Positions 50,335 to 60,323 of a DNA stretch of 64,000 nt are shown piece after piece. This stretch comes from an uncultured Gemmatimonadaceae bacterium (GTDB lineage Bacteria; Gemmatimonadota; Gemmatimonadetes; Gemmatimonadales; Gemmatimonadaceae): the NCBI GenBank assembly GCA_963781585.1, contig CAWAGQ010000005.1, positions 192,001 through 256,000 of the forward strand, read 5' to 3'. The notes beneath the pieces are model-generated. The model did not search any database and was not told the DNA's origin. It saw only the letters and a list, made by a program, of their open reading frames with translations. Made by a program: the position numbers and the translations under genes. The number at the start of each line of letters is the position of its first letter. The first letter of the stretch is position 1.

Positions 50335-51309
50335 CTAATAGCGGTCCAGGTCCCTGGCGACCACCACCCGGCCGCCGAATCCGCCGCGCCTCACGCCGGC
50401 AAGCAGCTCGTCAGGCGTACCTCCCATCCAGACGATGTGAGTGAGTACCAGCAGCCTCGGTCTCGACCTGGCTGCCAGCCTGCCCACCTCCACGTCCGAT
50501 GTGTGGAACGAACGCATGTAGCGCGGCCAGTCTTCTCCTCCCGGACGCTGCTCCGCTTGCAGCCGCACTTCGGGATAGACCTCGTGGACGAGCACGTCCA
50601 CGCCGCTCGCGGCGTTCGCCAGCGCGTCGCTGTAGCGCGTGTCTCCGGAGATGACGATGGTCCGTCGGGGCGTATCGATGCGATACCCGAAGGCGTGCGG
50701 CCAGCTTCCGTGCGGCACCGCAATGGCTGTCACGCGCACGCCGCCACTGTCGTAGGCCACTCCCGGCTTCACTTCGTGCACCGCCACGCGATACCCTCCG
50801 GGCGCGGCGTGCTCCAGCCCTTGTACGCGAATCAGCGTGTCCTCGGCCCAGGCCGCCATGAGATGGTCGGTCATCTGCTGCAGCCCCGGCGGGCCGTATA
50901 CCTGCAGGGGCAGGTGCCGTCTCATCACCCACGAGGTGAAGATGAGATCCGGGTAGCCCAGCGTGTGATCGCTGTGGAGGTGCGTGATGAACACGGCAGT
51001 CACGCCATCGATGGGAAGTCCGGCCGCGGCTATCCGGCGCATCACCCCCGGCCCGGCGTCGAACAGGAAGACGCGGTGTCCCACAACCACGGCTGTCGCG
51101 GGACCCGAGGCCGCGGGGTCGGGGAACGGCATTCCGGTTCCCAGCATCACGACAACCGTGCTGTCGCCCTCCGGCATCGGCGGCCCGCCGGGGACGATCC
51201 GCTGCGCGTTCACCGGGGTGCCTGCGAATGCGAGCCCGGCAAACGGTATCAGGATCCGCCGAGCGACCCCGCGCGCGACCCGCCTGTCTACTCGATGCAT
51301 CCGATCCAT
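50335..51309 (-). CDS. Secreted MBL-fold metallo-hydrolase (RNase Z/arylsulfatase-like)
   Basis: LGTGMP, LFDAGPG, THLHSDH, ISGDT, LVHE and SFHT. Confidence 0.9.
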   Translation of the reverse strand: MDRMHRVDRRVARGVARRILIPFAGLAFAGTPVNAQRIVPGGPPMPEGDSTVVVMLGTGMPFPDPAASGPATAVVVGHRVFLFDAGPGVMRRIAAAGLPIDGVTAVFITHLHSDHTLGYPDLIFTSWVMRRHLPLQVYGPPGLQQMTDHLMAAWAEDTLIRVQGLEHAAPGGYRVAVHEVKPGVAYDSGGVRVTAIAVPHGSWPHAFGYRIDTPRRTIVISGDTRYSDALANAASGVDVLVHEVYPEVRLQAEQRPGGEDWPRYMRSFHTSDVEVGRLAARSRPRLLVLTHIVWMGGTPDELLAGVRRGGFGGRVVVARDLDRY

Positions 51310-51320
51310 CCCTCGTCGCG

Positions 51321-51929
51321 TCAGGTTCCCGGGTACCGGACCCCCAGTTTGCGCAGTGCCGGCGCCGGACAGCCATTCCACACGGTGGCCGTATTCCCGA
51401 TGTAGCCCAGATCCTGCACACCGATCCGGCTCGACCAGAATCCGGACGCCGTGAAATCACGGAATCGTGAGAAGAACCGGACACCGGCCTCCATCCCCGC
51501 GGGCGCCCGCTTTGGCCAGGCAATATCGTCGAGAACCGCTTTGCGCTGCGCCGCGGTGCAGGCCGCAAAGGGCTGTCCGAACCGCTTCCCGCACTCGCCC
51601 CCGAGCCAGGCCAGCCCGTCGTGCATCCAGCGCTGCATCGACGTCCGGTCGCCAAGAATGAAATCCATGAACTCCGGCACGCCCGCGTCGGTGGCACTCC
51701 CCGATCGCGCATCGCGTGGAATCACCAGGTCGACCAGGATGCGGACCACGCGCCATTCGTCCGCCGAAAAGTTCTTGGGCTGATACGCTTGGCCCCGTCG
51801 GGCGAGGGCTTCCAGCGTGTCGCGCGTGAGCCCCGCCGCCCGATCGATGTCGAGCGCGCTCACCGCGAACTCGGCCAGCGACGCCGCAGCCAGGAATTTC
51901 AGTACGTCGCGTCTCGTGACGTCATCCAT
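51321..51929 (-). CDS. Gluconate 2-dehydrogenase subunit 3-like (Tat) partner of the GMC oxidoreductase
   Basis: TRRDVLKFL Tat motif; VIPRD…SATDAGVPEFMD and GFWSSRIGVQDLGYIGN. Confidence 0.88.
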   Translation of the reverse strand: MDDVTRRDVLKFLAAASLAEFAVSALDIDRAAGLTRDTLEALARRGQAYQPKNFSADEWRVVRILVDLVIPRDARSGSATDAGVPEFMDFILGDRTSMQRWMHDGLAWLGGECGKRFGQPFAACTAAQRKAVLDDIAWPKRAPAGMEAGVRFFSRFRDFTASGFWSSRIGVQDLGYIGNTATVWNGCPAPALRKLGVRYPGT

Positions 51930-51954
51930 GCCGTTGATACCTCTGGACTCTGGA

Positions 51955-53640
51955 CTAGACTTCTCCCGCCTTGCGAATCTCCATGATCCGATCCGCGGTT
52001 CGCATCGCCAGGGCGAGAATCGTCCACGTGGGGTTCTTGTCCGCCTGCGAGACAAACGGTCCGCCGTCGGCGACAAACAGATTCTTGCAGTCCCACGCCT
52101 GCGACCAGGAATTCAGCACCGACGACTTCGGATCGCTCCCCATCCGCACTGTGCCCAGCTCGTGAATGATCGAGCCCCCGGTGCTGATGCCGTATCCGCG
52201 CTCTTGCGACGGCATCGGGGAGAACACTTCGCCGCCCATCTCCGACACCAGCGCGCGGAATGTCTCCTGCATGTGTTTCACCTGGTTGATCTCGTAATCG
52301 CTCCACTTCCAGTGGAAGCGCAGCACCGGGATTCCCCAGATATCCGTGCGCTCGGGATCCAGCTCGCAGTAGCAGTCCTCGTTGGGAATCTGCTCGCCGC
52401 GGCCGGAGAATCCGATGGTGGAGCCGTAGTAGCGTCGATAGTCGTTCTTCAGCGACGCGCCGTAGCCGCCGCCCGGTTCATACCGTTCGATCCCCCCCAT
52501 GAACCCGTACGACGGCACTCCCAGTCCGCCCCACACTTCGATGTGATAGCCCCGCGGAAAATCGAGCTTCTTGTTGTCCACCCACCACGGCATGTAGATG
52601 TGCCCGCCACCCACGCCATCGCAGTTGTGCGACACGTGATCCATCAGTTTCGGAATGAAGCCTGATACATCCGTCCCCGTGGTGTCGGTCAGATATCTGC
52701 CCACCATCCCGCTCGAGTTGGCCAGCCCCTGCGGAAACGCCGACGACCTGGAGTTGAGCAGCAGACGCGCCGATTCGCACGCGCTCGCCGCGAGCACCAC
52801 CACCCGGGCCCGCACCGTCCGGTCGCGCCCCGACGTCTTGTCGATGTACGACACGCCCGACGCCAGTCCGCGACTGTCGACCGTGACCTCGTGGACCATC
52901 GCGTTCGTGATGATCTTCAGTCGTCCGGTCTGCATGGCCGGAAAGAGCAGGACGTTCGGCGATGTGAAGTTCGAGTTCGTCATGCACCCGCGATTGCACT
53001 CGCCACAGTAGTGACACGGCGCGCGATTGCCTAACGGCTTGGTGATGATCGACAGGCGCCCGGGGATGCACCAGATGCCCAGTTTGTCGGCTGCCTGCTT
53101 CACGTAGAGCTCGTAGCACCTCGGCTTCGGCGGAGGCTGGAAGATTCCGTCGGGATGGTTCGGCAGGTTCTCCCTGCTGCCGAAGATGCCGATCAGTCGG
53201 TCGATCCGGTCGTAATACGGCCGTACGTCCTCATACGAGATCGGCCAGTCCTCGCCCAGACCGTCCAGGCTCTTGCGCCGGAAGTCGTCCGGGCCGAAAC
53301 GGAGCGAGATGCGTCCCCAGTGATTGGTGCGTCCGCCCAGCATCCGGGCGCGCCACCACGAGAAGTTCGTCCCCGGGGCCCGCGTATAGGGCTCCCCCTC
53401 CACGTCCCAGCCGCCAATGCACGCATCGAACTCGCCGAACGGACGCTCCGGCGTCGATGCGCCGCGGCGCGGTGACTGGTACGGCCAGCGAAACATCGCG
53501 CTGTCCTTGGTATTGTCCCACCAGTCTCCTGCCTCCAGCACGACCACCCGCGCGCCCGCCTGGGTCAGTCGGTACGCCGCCATCCCGCCGCCGGCACCAG
53601 AACCGACGATGCAGACATCGTAGATTTCGTTCTGGATCAT
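51955..53640 (-). CDS. GMC family FAD oxidoreductase (glycoside 3-dehydrogenase-like)
   Basis: VGSGAGGG, RMLGGRTNHWGR, IHELGTVRMG and KNPTWTILALA. Alternative start at 53649. Confidence 0.9.
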   Translation of the reverse strand: MIQNEIYDVCIVGSGAGGGMAAYRLTQAGARVVVLEAGDWWDNTKDSAMFRWPYQSPRRGASTPERPFGEFDACIGGWDVEGEPYTRAPGTNFSWWRARMLGGRTNHWGRISLRFGPDDFRRKSLDGLGEDWPISYEDVRPYYDRIDRLIGIFGSRENLPNHPDGIFQPPPKPRCYELYVKQAADKLGIWCIPGRLSIITKPLGNRAPCHYCGECNRGCMTNSNFTSPNVLLFPAMQTGRLKIITNAMVHEVTVDSRGLASGVSYIDKTSGRDRTVRARVVVLAASACESARLLLNSRSSAFPQGLANSSGMVGRYLTDTTGTDVSGFIPKLMDHVSHNCDGVGGGHIYMPWWVDNKKLDFPRGYHIEVWGGLGVPSYGFMGGIERYEPGGGYGASLKNDYRRYYGSTIGFSGRGEQIPNEDCYCELDPERTDIWGIPVLRFHWKWSDYEINQVKHMQETFRALVSEMGGEVFSPMPSQERGYGISTGGSIIHELGTVRMGSDPKSSVLNSWSQAWDCKNLFVADGGPFVSQADKNPTWTILALAMRTADRIMEIRKAGEV

Positions 53641-53872
53641 CCCTGTCATTGTGCTCGCGAGTCGCTCGGATCCTGGGTTCGCTGTCCCTCGCGGCGGATC
53701 GCCACGAGTCGCGCGCCAGGGCGCACCGCGCCATGGGCTACTCTCCAATCCTCGCCTATTGAAGCCGGGGACGCTACCCTGACGCCCCCTTTTCGGCCGG
53801 AGACGGGTCCGCGTGAATGCAACGACGCGACCCAGGCCGCTCCACATGACTCCCGCCGGCCGATCACGTCAA

Positions 53873-54898
53873 CTAGAACTCGATCGAGAGACCAAGCCGG
53901 GTTGGCGTCATGATCGGCGCAATGCGGACTCCCCTGGCCTCACTGAATTCTCCCCGCGATCCCGGCTTGAGACGCGTGCGGCCCCGCGCCACCGCCGCGT
54001 CCGCCACCGTGGCTCCGATGCCGATGGCCAGCGGATAGTCGCTCGCCCAGTGCACCCCGGTGTTCACCATCGCGAACGACAGAATTCCCAGCAACGCGTA
54101 CCCCACCGGCCGCACGAACCGGTTCTCCGGATAGTTGCCCGCCACCACCCACACCGTCGCCACCGCGGCCGCCAGATGACCTGACGGAAACGCGTCGAAC
54201 GCCGGGGTGTTGCGCGCGTAGGCCGCGAGGCTGGGGAACGGACGCCACCGCCCGCGCCGCACCGTGGCTTCTGATGGTGTCTGCCGCCCGAACGTGTGCT
54301 TCAGGCCCTGCGTGATGATGCCTAACGTGAAAAGCGACTCGGTGATCTCGCTCGCGGTCCGCAGCGCCCGGTAGTCGTTGTGCCAGACCCCGACCACGAA
54401 GAAATGCCCCGCCACCGCCATGCTCATCCACCCATCACCGAGGAAATACATCGCCGACGAAATGGTCGTGGGAAACGGCAGCACCTTCACGCCGGCGACC
54501 ACCAGGTTCGCCGACGGATGCGTCGGTGGAATGTCCAGATGTCGCGCGACGTTGCGTGTCTTGTCCAGGACCCACTCGTCGGCCGCGATCAGACCCAGCG
54601 TGCTGGTGGTGATCACCGCCCACCCTCTCACCCGATCGCGACGGAAGGCGAGATCCATCGTCCGCCCAAGCGTCCCGGGAACGTTCCGAAACGCCTGCAG
54701 GCGTCCCGGCCGCGTATACGCAAACCGGCCGAACGCCCCCAGGTCCACCTCCTGGGCCGCCCGTGACCCGTGCGACCCGTTGGGCTTCACGCACGGCGCC
54801 GTGGAATCCGCGTCCGGGCAGCTGTCCTGAGCCGCGAGGACCCCCGGTACCAGGATCCAGACCACCAGTACGGACGCAAGGCGCCGTGCGATACGCAT
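53873..54898 (-). CDS. PAP2 family phosphatase-like protein
   Basis: KHTFGRQTP, FPSGH and HWASD. The true start appears to be ATG 54898, inside ORF 53873..55810. Confidence 0.85.
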   Translation of the reverse strand: MRIARRLASVLVVWILVPGVLAAQDSCPDADSTAPCVKPNGSHGSRAAQEVDLGAFGRFAYTRPGRLQAFRNVPGTLGRTMDLAFRRDRVRGWAVITTSTLGLIAADEWVLDKTRNVARHLDIPPTHPSANLVVAGVKVLPFPTTISSAMYFLGDGWMSMAVAGHFFVVGVWHNDYRALRTASEITESLFTLGIITQGLKHTFGRQTPSEATVRRGRWRPFPSLAAYARNTPAFDAFPSGHLAAAVATVWVVAGNYPENRFVRPVGYALLGILSFAMVNTGVHWASDYPLAIGIGATVADAAVARGRTRLKPGSRGEFSEARGVRIAPIMTPTRLGLSIEF

Positions 54899-54969
54899 GC
54901 TGCGATGTCCTTCAAGGGCCACTGCCGGCAGGCTCGAACGAAAGCGCGGCGACGCCAGAAACGTCAAGC

Positions 54970-55728
54970 CTACCGCCGGCTGGTCGAACCGGCGGCCGGC
55001 GGAAGGCTCCGCAGCACGCTCTCCGCGCTCAACACGCCTAACGCCGCACCCGAAAGTACGTCGCTCGTCCAGTGATCGTTCTGATAGATGCGCGACACCC
55101 CCACCAGCGTTGCCGCACCGAAGAACACCGCCCGCAGCATCGTCCGGTGACGCGGGTGAGCACGGCCCAGCTGGCTGGCCAGCGCCGTCGCCGCCGCGAA
55201 CGCCCCGCTCGTGTGCCCGGACGGAAACGACGTTTGGCTCCCGTCGAAGAAGCCGCGCCCCGGAATGTACATGTCCGGGTCCCCGGGATGACTCTTCGGC
55301 CGTCCTCGACCGATCAGCCCCTTCGTCAGCTCCGTCAGCACCGCGCTCAGCAGTACCGCGTGAGTCGTCACCGCTCCCAGATGCTGCATTACACTGTCGT
55401 GACCCACACGACCCACCAGCCAGAGCGTACCGCCCGTCACCAGCGGCGCCGCACCACCGATCGAACTCACGTCCAGCGAGACGTGGCGCAGCGTCGCTCC
55501 CCCGTGCACGTTCAGCTTCTGCGACTCGTCCGACAGCCGCACATCGAACAGTGACACCGTCGCCGACGCCGCCAGCGAGATCGCGCCCACCACGAGCAGG
55601 GGACGCACGCTCGCAGCCGCCGGAGCCGGGAGGCGCGTCGTGACCGTGTCGCCGCCCTGCGCCGCAACATCTCGGCCCAGGACGGCTCCCACCACTACCA
55701 ACGTCAGACCGCAGCGCCTCACATTCAT
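54970..55728 (-). CDS. PAP2 family phosphatase
   Basis: KGLIGRGRP, SFPSGH and SRIYQNDHWTSD. Confidence 0.92.
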   Translation of the reverse strand: MNVRRCGLTLVVVGAVLGRDVAAQGGDTVTTRLPAPAAASVRPLLVVGAISLAASATVSLFDVRLSDESQKLNVHGGATLRHVSLDVSSIGGAAPLVTGGTLWLVGRVGHDSVMQHLGAVTTHAVLLSAVLTELTKGLIGRGRPKSHPGDPDMYIPGRGFFDGSQTSFPSGHTSGAFAAATALASQLGRAHPRHRTMLRAVFFGAATLVGVSRIYQNDHWTSDVLSGAALGVLSAESVLRSLPPAAGSTSRR

Positions 55729-55837
55729 GACCACCTCGTCGGACGAGCTCAGCCAAGCCTGCTACACTCCTAAGACTCGGCCCTCTCGCGCCGCCTCGCA
55801 ATGGCGGCATCCCCGAAACAGGGCGTCCCTCCTGGGT

Positions 55838-58333
55838 TCACCTCCACCGCAGCACGCTGAGGATGTCGGAATAGTCATCCGTCCACACCCGCGTTGCCGG
55901 CTCCGGCGGCAGCGGCGTCCAGTCGGGCTGCCGGAGCAGCGTCGCAAGCGTTGCCGGTTTGTTCGCCAACACCACCCAGCGGCTCCCGTAGTAGAGCTTG
56001 AGCCGCTCCTCCGCGGTGACGTCGCGGTCGCCCACGGCACCCGGAATGCGCGCATCGTCCGCCAACCCGGTCAGGACCGGGCGCAAATCGACGTAGCGGT
56101 TGCTGATGTGGAACGCCACTGCTCCCCCGTCGCGCAGCTTCCGTCGGTAGAGGGCCAGCGCCTCGCGGGTGAGCAGATGCGCCGGGATCGCATCCGACGT
56201 GAATGCATCCAGAATGATCAGGTCGAACTCGGAGTCCGGCGCCTGTGCCAGCGAGAGCCTCGCGTCTCCCAGAACGATGTCTATCGTCGGCGGGCAGTCG
56301 CGTATGTAGGAGAACAACGACGGAGAGCGGGCAATCCGCACCACCAGCGGATCGATCTCGTAGTACGTCCAGCGCTCACCCGTCCTGCCGTAGCATGCCG
56401 TCGTCCCCGTTCCCAGTCCCACCACGGCAACCCGTCGCAGCGGACGCGACGTCGCCACGGTCTCGAAGATCTGGCCCAGCGGACCGCCCCGGAAATAGTA
56501 CGTGATGGGCTCGAGCCGCCGTTCAGGATTCGTGCTCTCGGCACCGTGCGTCGTCGTGCCGTTCTGGAGCACCGTGTATTCGAGGATCTGCCGCACCCGA
56601 TAGATGCCGAAGAAGCTGCGCCGCTGGAAAATGATGTCGCTGTTGGCGGCATCCGCGAACCGCGCCCCCCCGTATATGGCGAACGCGCCGAGCGCCAGCC
56701 GGAACGGTCGCTTCCAGAAGAGTGCCACCACCAGCCCCGCCACCCCAAGGAAGATCTGCGTGCCGTACGTCCCCCACTCGTCAGGCGGCTTCGGAAGCCG
56801 GTACCCGCCCCAGACCGCCGCGCACACCAGCGCTGGAAGCAGAAGGTCCAGCAGCAGCGCACGGCGACTGCCGAACTGACGCGAGAACGACGGTCGCAAT
56901 CCGAGCGCGATCACCAGCGCAAACGGATACTCGATCAGCGTGTCGTAGAGTTGCGGCGCCAGGATCACGTTGAACACGCCACCCAGCACCCCACCCAGCG
57001 ACATCCACAGATAGAACTCGGTCAGATGCTCGGCCCGGGGCCGGCTGTCGGCCAGCTCCCGGTGACACACCATCGCCGTCACGAAGAACGCCAGGAGATG
57101 CAGCGCTGCCTGCGTCGTGATCCGGCGCCCTGGGCCAATGCAGATGGACACCATCAGCGCCAGCCCCAACGCCAGCTGTAGAAGCAGCATGAAACCCCGC
57201 CCCAGGGGAGGCCGTCGCGCAAACACCAGCACGAACGTCAGCAGGTAGAGCGCCAGCGGAATGACCCAGAGAAACGGGACTGACGCGATATCGGTGCTGA
57301 GATACGTCGTCACCCCGATGAGCAGACTCGACGGCGCAAACGCCAGCAGCACCCAGCGCAGTCGCCAGTGTCGATTGGGGATGATCGTGGGTCGGCCGGG
57401 GGCCTTCGCGCTGGCGTCAGGCATGCCGCTGGCGCCGGGTATGGTCGTGCTCGCGGCTGCCTCGCCACCACCGGTTGCGTCGCGTACGTCGCCGCTGCTG
57501 ACGAACGGCGCGCTTCCCTTCGTCTGCCGCGTCACCACACCCGCGTCGACACTCGCGACCGACGGGGGCACCATGACCGCCGCCTCCGGAGCGCTCGCCG
57601 CAACCGAAACCATCGGTCCTGTTGCCCGCGCCCCTCGCAGCAGGTACGTCATCAGCGCGCAGAGCGCGAGCAGCGCGATCAGGAAATAGTAGATCTCCAG
57701 CCACGAGACCGTCTGCTCGGAAACGCGCAGCCGCGGCTCGATCAGGAAAGGATACGCCAGCAGCGCCGCAAAGCTTCCGAGATTGCTGGCCGCGTACAGG
57801 AAGTACGGATTGTCCGCTGCCCGATGGCGCGTGGACGCAAACCAGCGCTGCAGCATCGGCGCTCCCGCCGCCAGCAGAAAGAACGGGGCTCCCAGCGACA
57901 CCGTCAGGAGACCCAGCAGCCACGGAATCGGCAGCACCGTCCCGGTCGGGTGGGACCAAGCCGATGGTACGCGAATCGGCAGCAGCGCCAGGGAACCCAG
58001 GAGCAGCACCAGGTGCACTCCGGCTTGCACCTTCGGTGACCAGATACGCGACGTCAGGTGTGCGTAGAGATACCCGGCCAGCAAGGCGGTCTGGAAGAAC
58101 AGCAGGCAGGTGTTCCAGATCGCCGGAGACCCGCCCAGCAGCGGCAGTACCATCTTCGTGAACATCGGCTGCACGGCGAACAGGAGCGCCGCGTTGAGGA
58201 AGATGGCCGAGGCAAACGTGACCAGCAGCAGGACCGCGCTGGCTCCCGACAGAGAGCCGGCATGCTCCCCGGTGGTGGGCCCAGTGTGAATCTGCGGGGC
58301 CGTTTCGGCCACCACCGGCGTTACCTCCGACAT
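55838..58333 (-). CDS. Fused membrane domain / spermidine synthase-like SAM methyltransferase
   Basis: Multi-TM N-terminus (NPYFLYAASNLGS), VVGLGTGT, YEIDP, LGDARL and DAFTSDAIPAHLLT. Confidence 0.9.
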   Translation of the reverse strand: MSEVTPVVAETAPQIHTGPTTGEHAGSLSGASAVLLLVTFASAIFLNAALLFAVQPMFTKMVLPLLGGSPAIWNTCLLFFQTALLAGYLYAHLTSRIWSPKVQAGVHLVLLLGSLALLPIRVPSAWSHPTGTVLPIPWLLGLLTVSLGAPFFLLAAGAPMLQRWFASTRHRAADNPYFLYAASNLGSFAALLAYPFLIEPRLRVSEQTVSWLEIYYFLIALLALCALMTYLLRGARATGPMVSVAASAPEAAVMVPPSVASVDAGVVTRQTKGSAPFVSSGDVRDATGGGEAAASTTIPGASGMPDASAKAPGRPTIIPNRHWRLRWVLLAFAPSSLLIGVTTYLSTDIASVPFLWVIPLALYLLTFVLVFARRPPLGRGFMLLLQLALGLALMVSICIGPGRRITTQAALHLLAFFVTAMVCHRELADSRPRAEHLTEFYLWMSLGGVLGGVFNVILAPQLYDTLIEYPFALVIALGLRPSFSRQFGSRRALLLDLLLPALVCAAVWGGYRLPKPPDEWGTYGTQIFLGVAGLVVALFWKRPFRLALGAFAIYGGARFADAANSDIIFQRRSFFGIYRVRQILEYTVLQNGTTTHGAESTNPERRLEPITYYFRGGPLGQIFETVATSRPLRRVAVVGLGTGTTACYGRTGERWTYYEIDPLVVRIARSPSLFSYIRDCPPTIDIVLGDARLSLAQAPDSEFDLIILDAFTSDAIPAHLLTREALALYRRKLRDGGAVAFHISNRYVDLRPVLTGLADDARIPGAVGDRDVTAEERLKLYYGSRWVVLANKPATLATLLRQPDWTPLPPEPATRVWTDDYSDILSVLRWR

Positions 58334-58688
58334 GCTCGCGAATGTGATGTCCGGCCCGCGCCACGTCCATCGGCGGATGTCCGAGTAGCCACCGTCGCCA
58401 ACAGCGTCGCCGGTATTCCAGGGCTGAACGCACCAGTTGCCCACTGCACACCACCTTCGCCCCTCTCCACCACGCGGCCAGGTTGCCCCGGCCAGTCGCC
58501 GGACGGCCGCGAGTCATCACAACGATACCGCGCCTTGTCCCGTCGCTCTGGCCGTTGCGCATCCTGGTCTGTCTTCTTCGCTCGACCTGATCCAACCAAA
58601 TACCGCCGGCGACCGGCTTCCGCCGAACCGCATTCGGTCCTAGTCTCCCTCACTCGGATCCGCCGTCGTCTCCAATCCACCTCCTCCG

Positions 58689-60323
58689 ATGCCTTCTCGC
58701 CGGGACTTTCTTCAGCAAGGCGGGGCCGCGGTCGGCGCCATTGCCCTTGGCGGAGCTCTTCGCGCCGCGCACGCCACCGCTCCCGCTCCGCCAGCCGCGC
58801 CACGTGGCCCGCATGCCGCCGACATGGACGCAGCGGTCAAGGAGCTTCTCATGGAGGCGCTCAACGCCGCCAGGATGGCCGGAGCGACCTACGCGGATGC
58901 CCGCATCGCCCGCTACCTCCAGCAGTTCATCCAGACCCGCGAACAGCAGATCCAGACGGTCGCCGATACGGATTCCATCGGGTGCGGCGTCCGCGTGCTG
59001 ATCGCCGGAACCTGGGGCTTCTCCGCCACTCGCGAGCTCACGAAAGCCGGCGTTGCCGGTGCTGCCCGCGAGGCGGCCGCGATCGCCCGCGCCGATCGCG
59101 TGGCGCGCGATCGCGCCGTCGAACTCGCCCCTGCGCCGCCGGTAGCGGACGCCTCCTGGAAGAGCGCCTGCGAGATCGATCCCTGGTCCATCCCGCTCGA
59201 GCAGAAAATCGACGTGCTCCTCAGGGCGAATGCCGAAGGCATGAAGGCGAAGAATGTGAAGTACGTGTTCAGCGGGATGTTCTTCCGCAAGACGCAGCGC
59301 GACTACGCCGACACAAACGGCTCGCTGATTTCCCAGACGGTTGTGCAGAGTTGGGCGCCCCTGCAGTTCACCGCCGTGGCGTCGGATTTCTCCGACTTCC
59401 AGAACCGCGCCAACATGACGCCGCCCATGGGGCGCGGCTATGAGTATGTCACCGCCCTGGATCTGGTCGGGAACGCCGGCAAGTGGGGTGACGAAGCAAG
59501 TCAGAAGCTCTCGGCCAAGCCCGTTGACGTGGGACGGTATGACCTGGTGCTCCACCCCTCGCACCTCTGGCTGACGGTGCATGAGTCCATCGCGCATCCC
59601 ACCGAACTGGACCGCGCGTTGGGATACGAGGCGAACTACGCCGGCACCAGCTTCGTCGCGCCTCCCGAGAAGTTCCTCGGCACCTTCCGGTACGGTCCCG
59701 AATTCATGAACATTCGCGGCGATCGGTCCCAGCCCGGCACCCTCGGCGAGATCGGCTACGACGACGAGGGCGTGGCGCCGGATGACTTTCTCATCATCCG
59801 CAACGGCGTCGTCAACGACTACCAGACCACCCGCGAGCAGGCCACCTGGCTGAAGTGGTGGTACGACGCGCAGAAGCGGCCGGTGCGTTCCCATGGTTGC
59901 TCCTACGCCGATAACTGGTCCAGCGTGCAGTTCCAACGCATGCCAAACGTCTCGCTTCTGCCTGGCGAAAAGGACTTGTCGTTCGACGACCTCGTTGCGG
60001 CCACCGACCGCGGCATCGCCATCATCGGCGACGGGTCCTTCTCCATCGACCAGCAGCGCTACAACGCGCAGTTCGGCGGACAGCTCTTCTACGAGATCCG
60101 CGGTGGCAAGATCACCGGCATGCTCAAGGACGTCGCATATCAGATGCGCACCCCGGACTTCTGGAACTCCATGGACATGCTGGGTGGGAAGTCGAGCTAT
60201 GAAATCGGCGGCTCGTTCTTCGACGGGAAGGGACAGCCGGGGCAGATCAACGCCGTCAGTCACGGTGCTGTCCCCGCTCGCTTCCGGAATCAGAACGTGA
60301 TCAACACCGGGAGGAAGACATGA
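58689..60323 (+). CDS. tldD: TldD family metalloprotease with a Tat signal peptide
   Basis: SRRDFLQ plus a hydrophobic stretch and AHA; HESIAH metal motif; YDDEG and RMPN. Confidence 0.9.
   Translation: MPSRRDFLQQGGAAVGAIALGGALRAAHATAPAPPAAPRGPHAADMDAAVKELLMEALNAARMAGATYADARIARYLQQFIQTREQQIQTVADTDSIGCGVRVLIAGTWGFSATRELTKAGVAGAAREAAAIARADRVARDRAVELAPAPPVADASWKSACEIDPWSIPLEQKIDVLLRANAEGMKAKNVKYVFSGMFFRKTQRDYADTNGSLISQTVVQSWAPLQFTAVASDFSDFQNRANMTPPMGRGYEYVTALDLVGNAGKWGDEASQKLSAKPVDVGRYDLVLHPSHLWLTVHESIAHPTELDRALGYEANYAGTSFVAPPEKFLGTFRYGPEFMNIRGDRSQPGTLGEIGYDDEGVAPDDFLIIRNGVVNDYQTTREQATWLKWWYDAQKRPVRSHGCSYADNWSSVQFQRMPNVSLLPGEKDLSFDDLVAATDRGIAIIGDGSFSIDQQRYNAQFGGQLFYEIRGGKITGMLKDVAYQMRTPDFWNSMDMLGGKSSYEIGGSFFDGKGQPGQINAVSHGAVPARFRNQNVINTGRKT

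Noticed and set aside
53873..55810. A single 645-aa ORF or PAP2 fusion
   Set aside because: The upstream part is an alternate frame over the neighbouring PAP2 gene. A separate RBS and ATG with a signal peptide exist at 54898.
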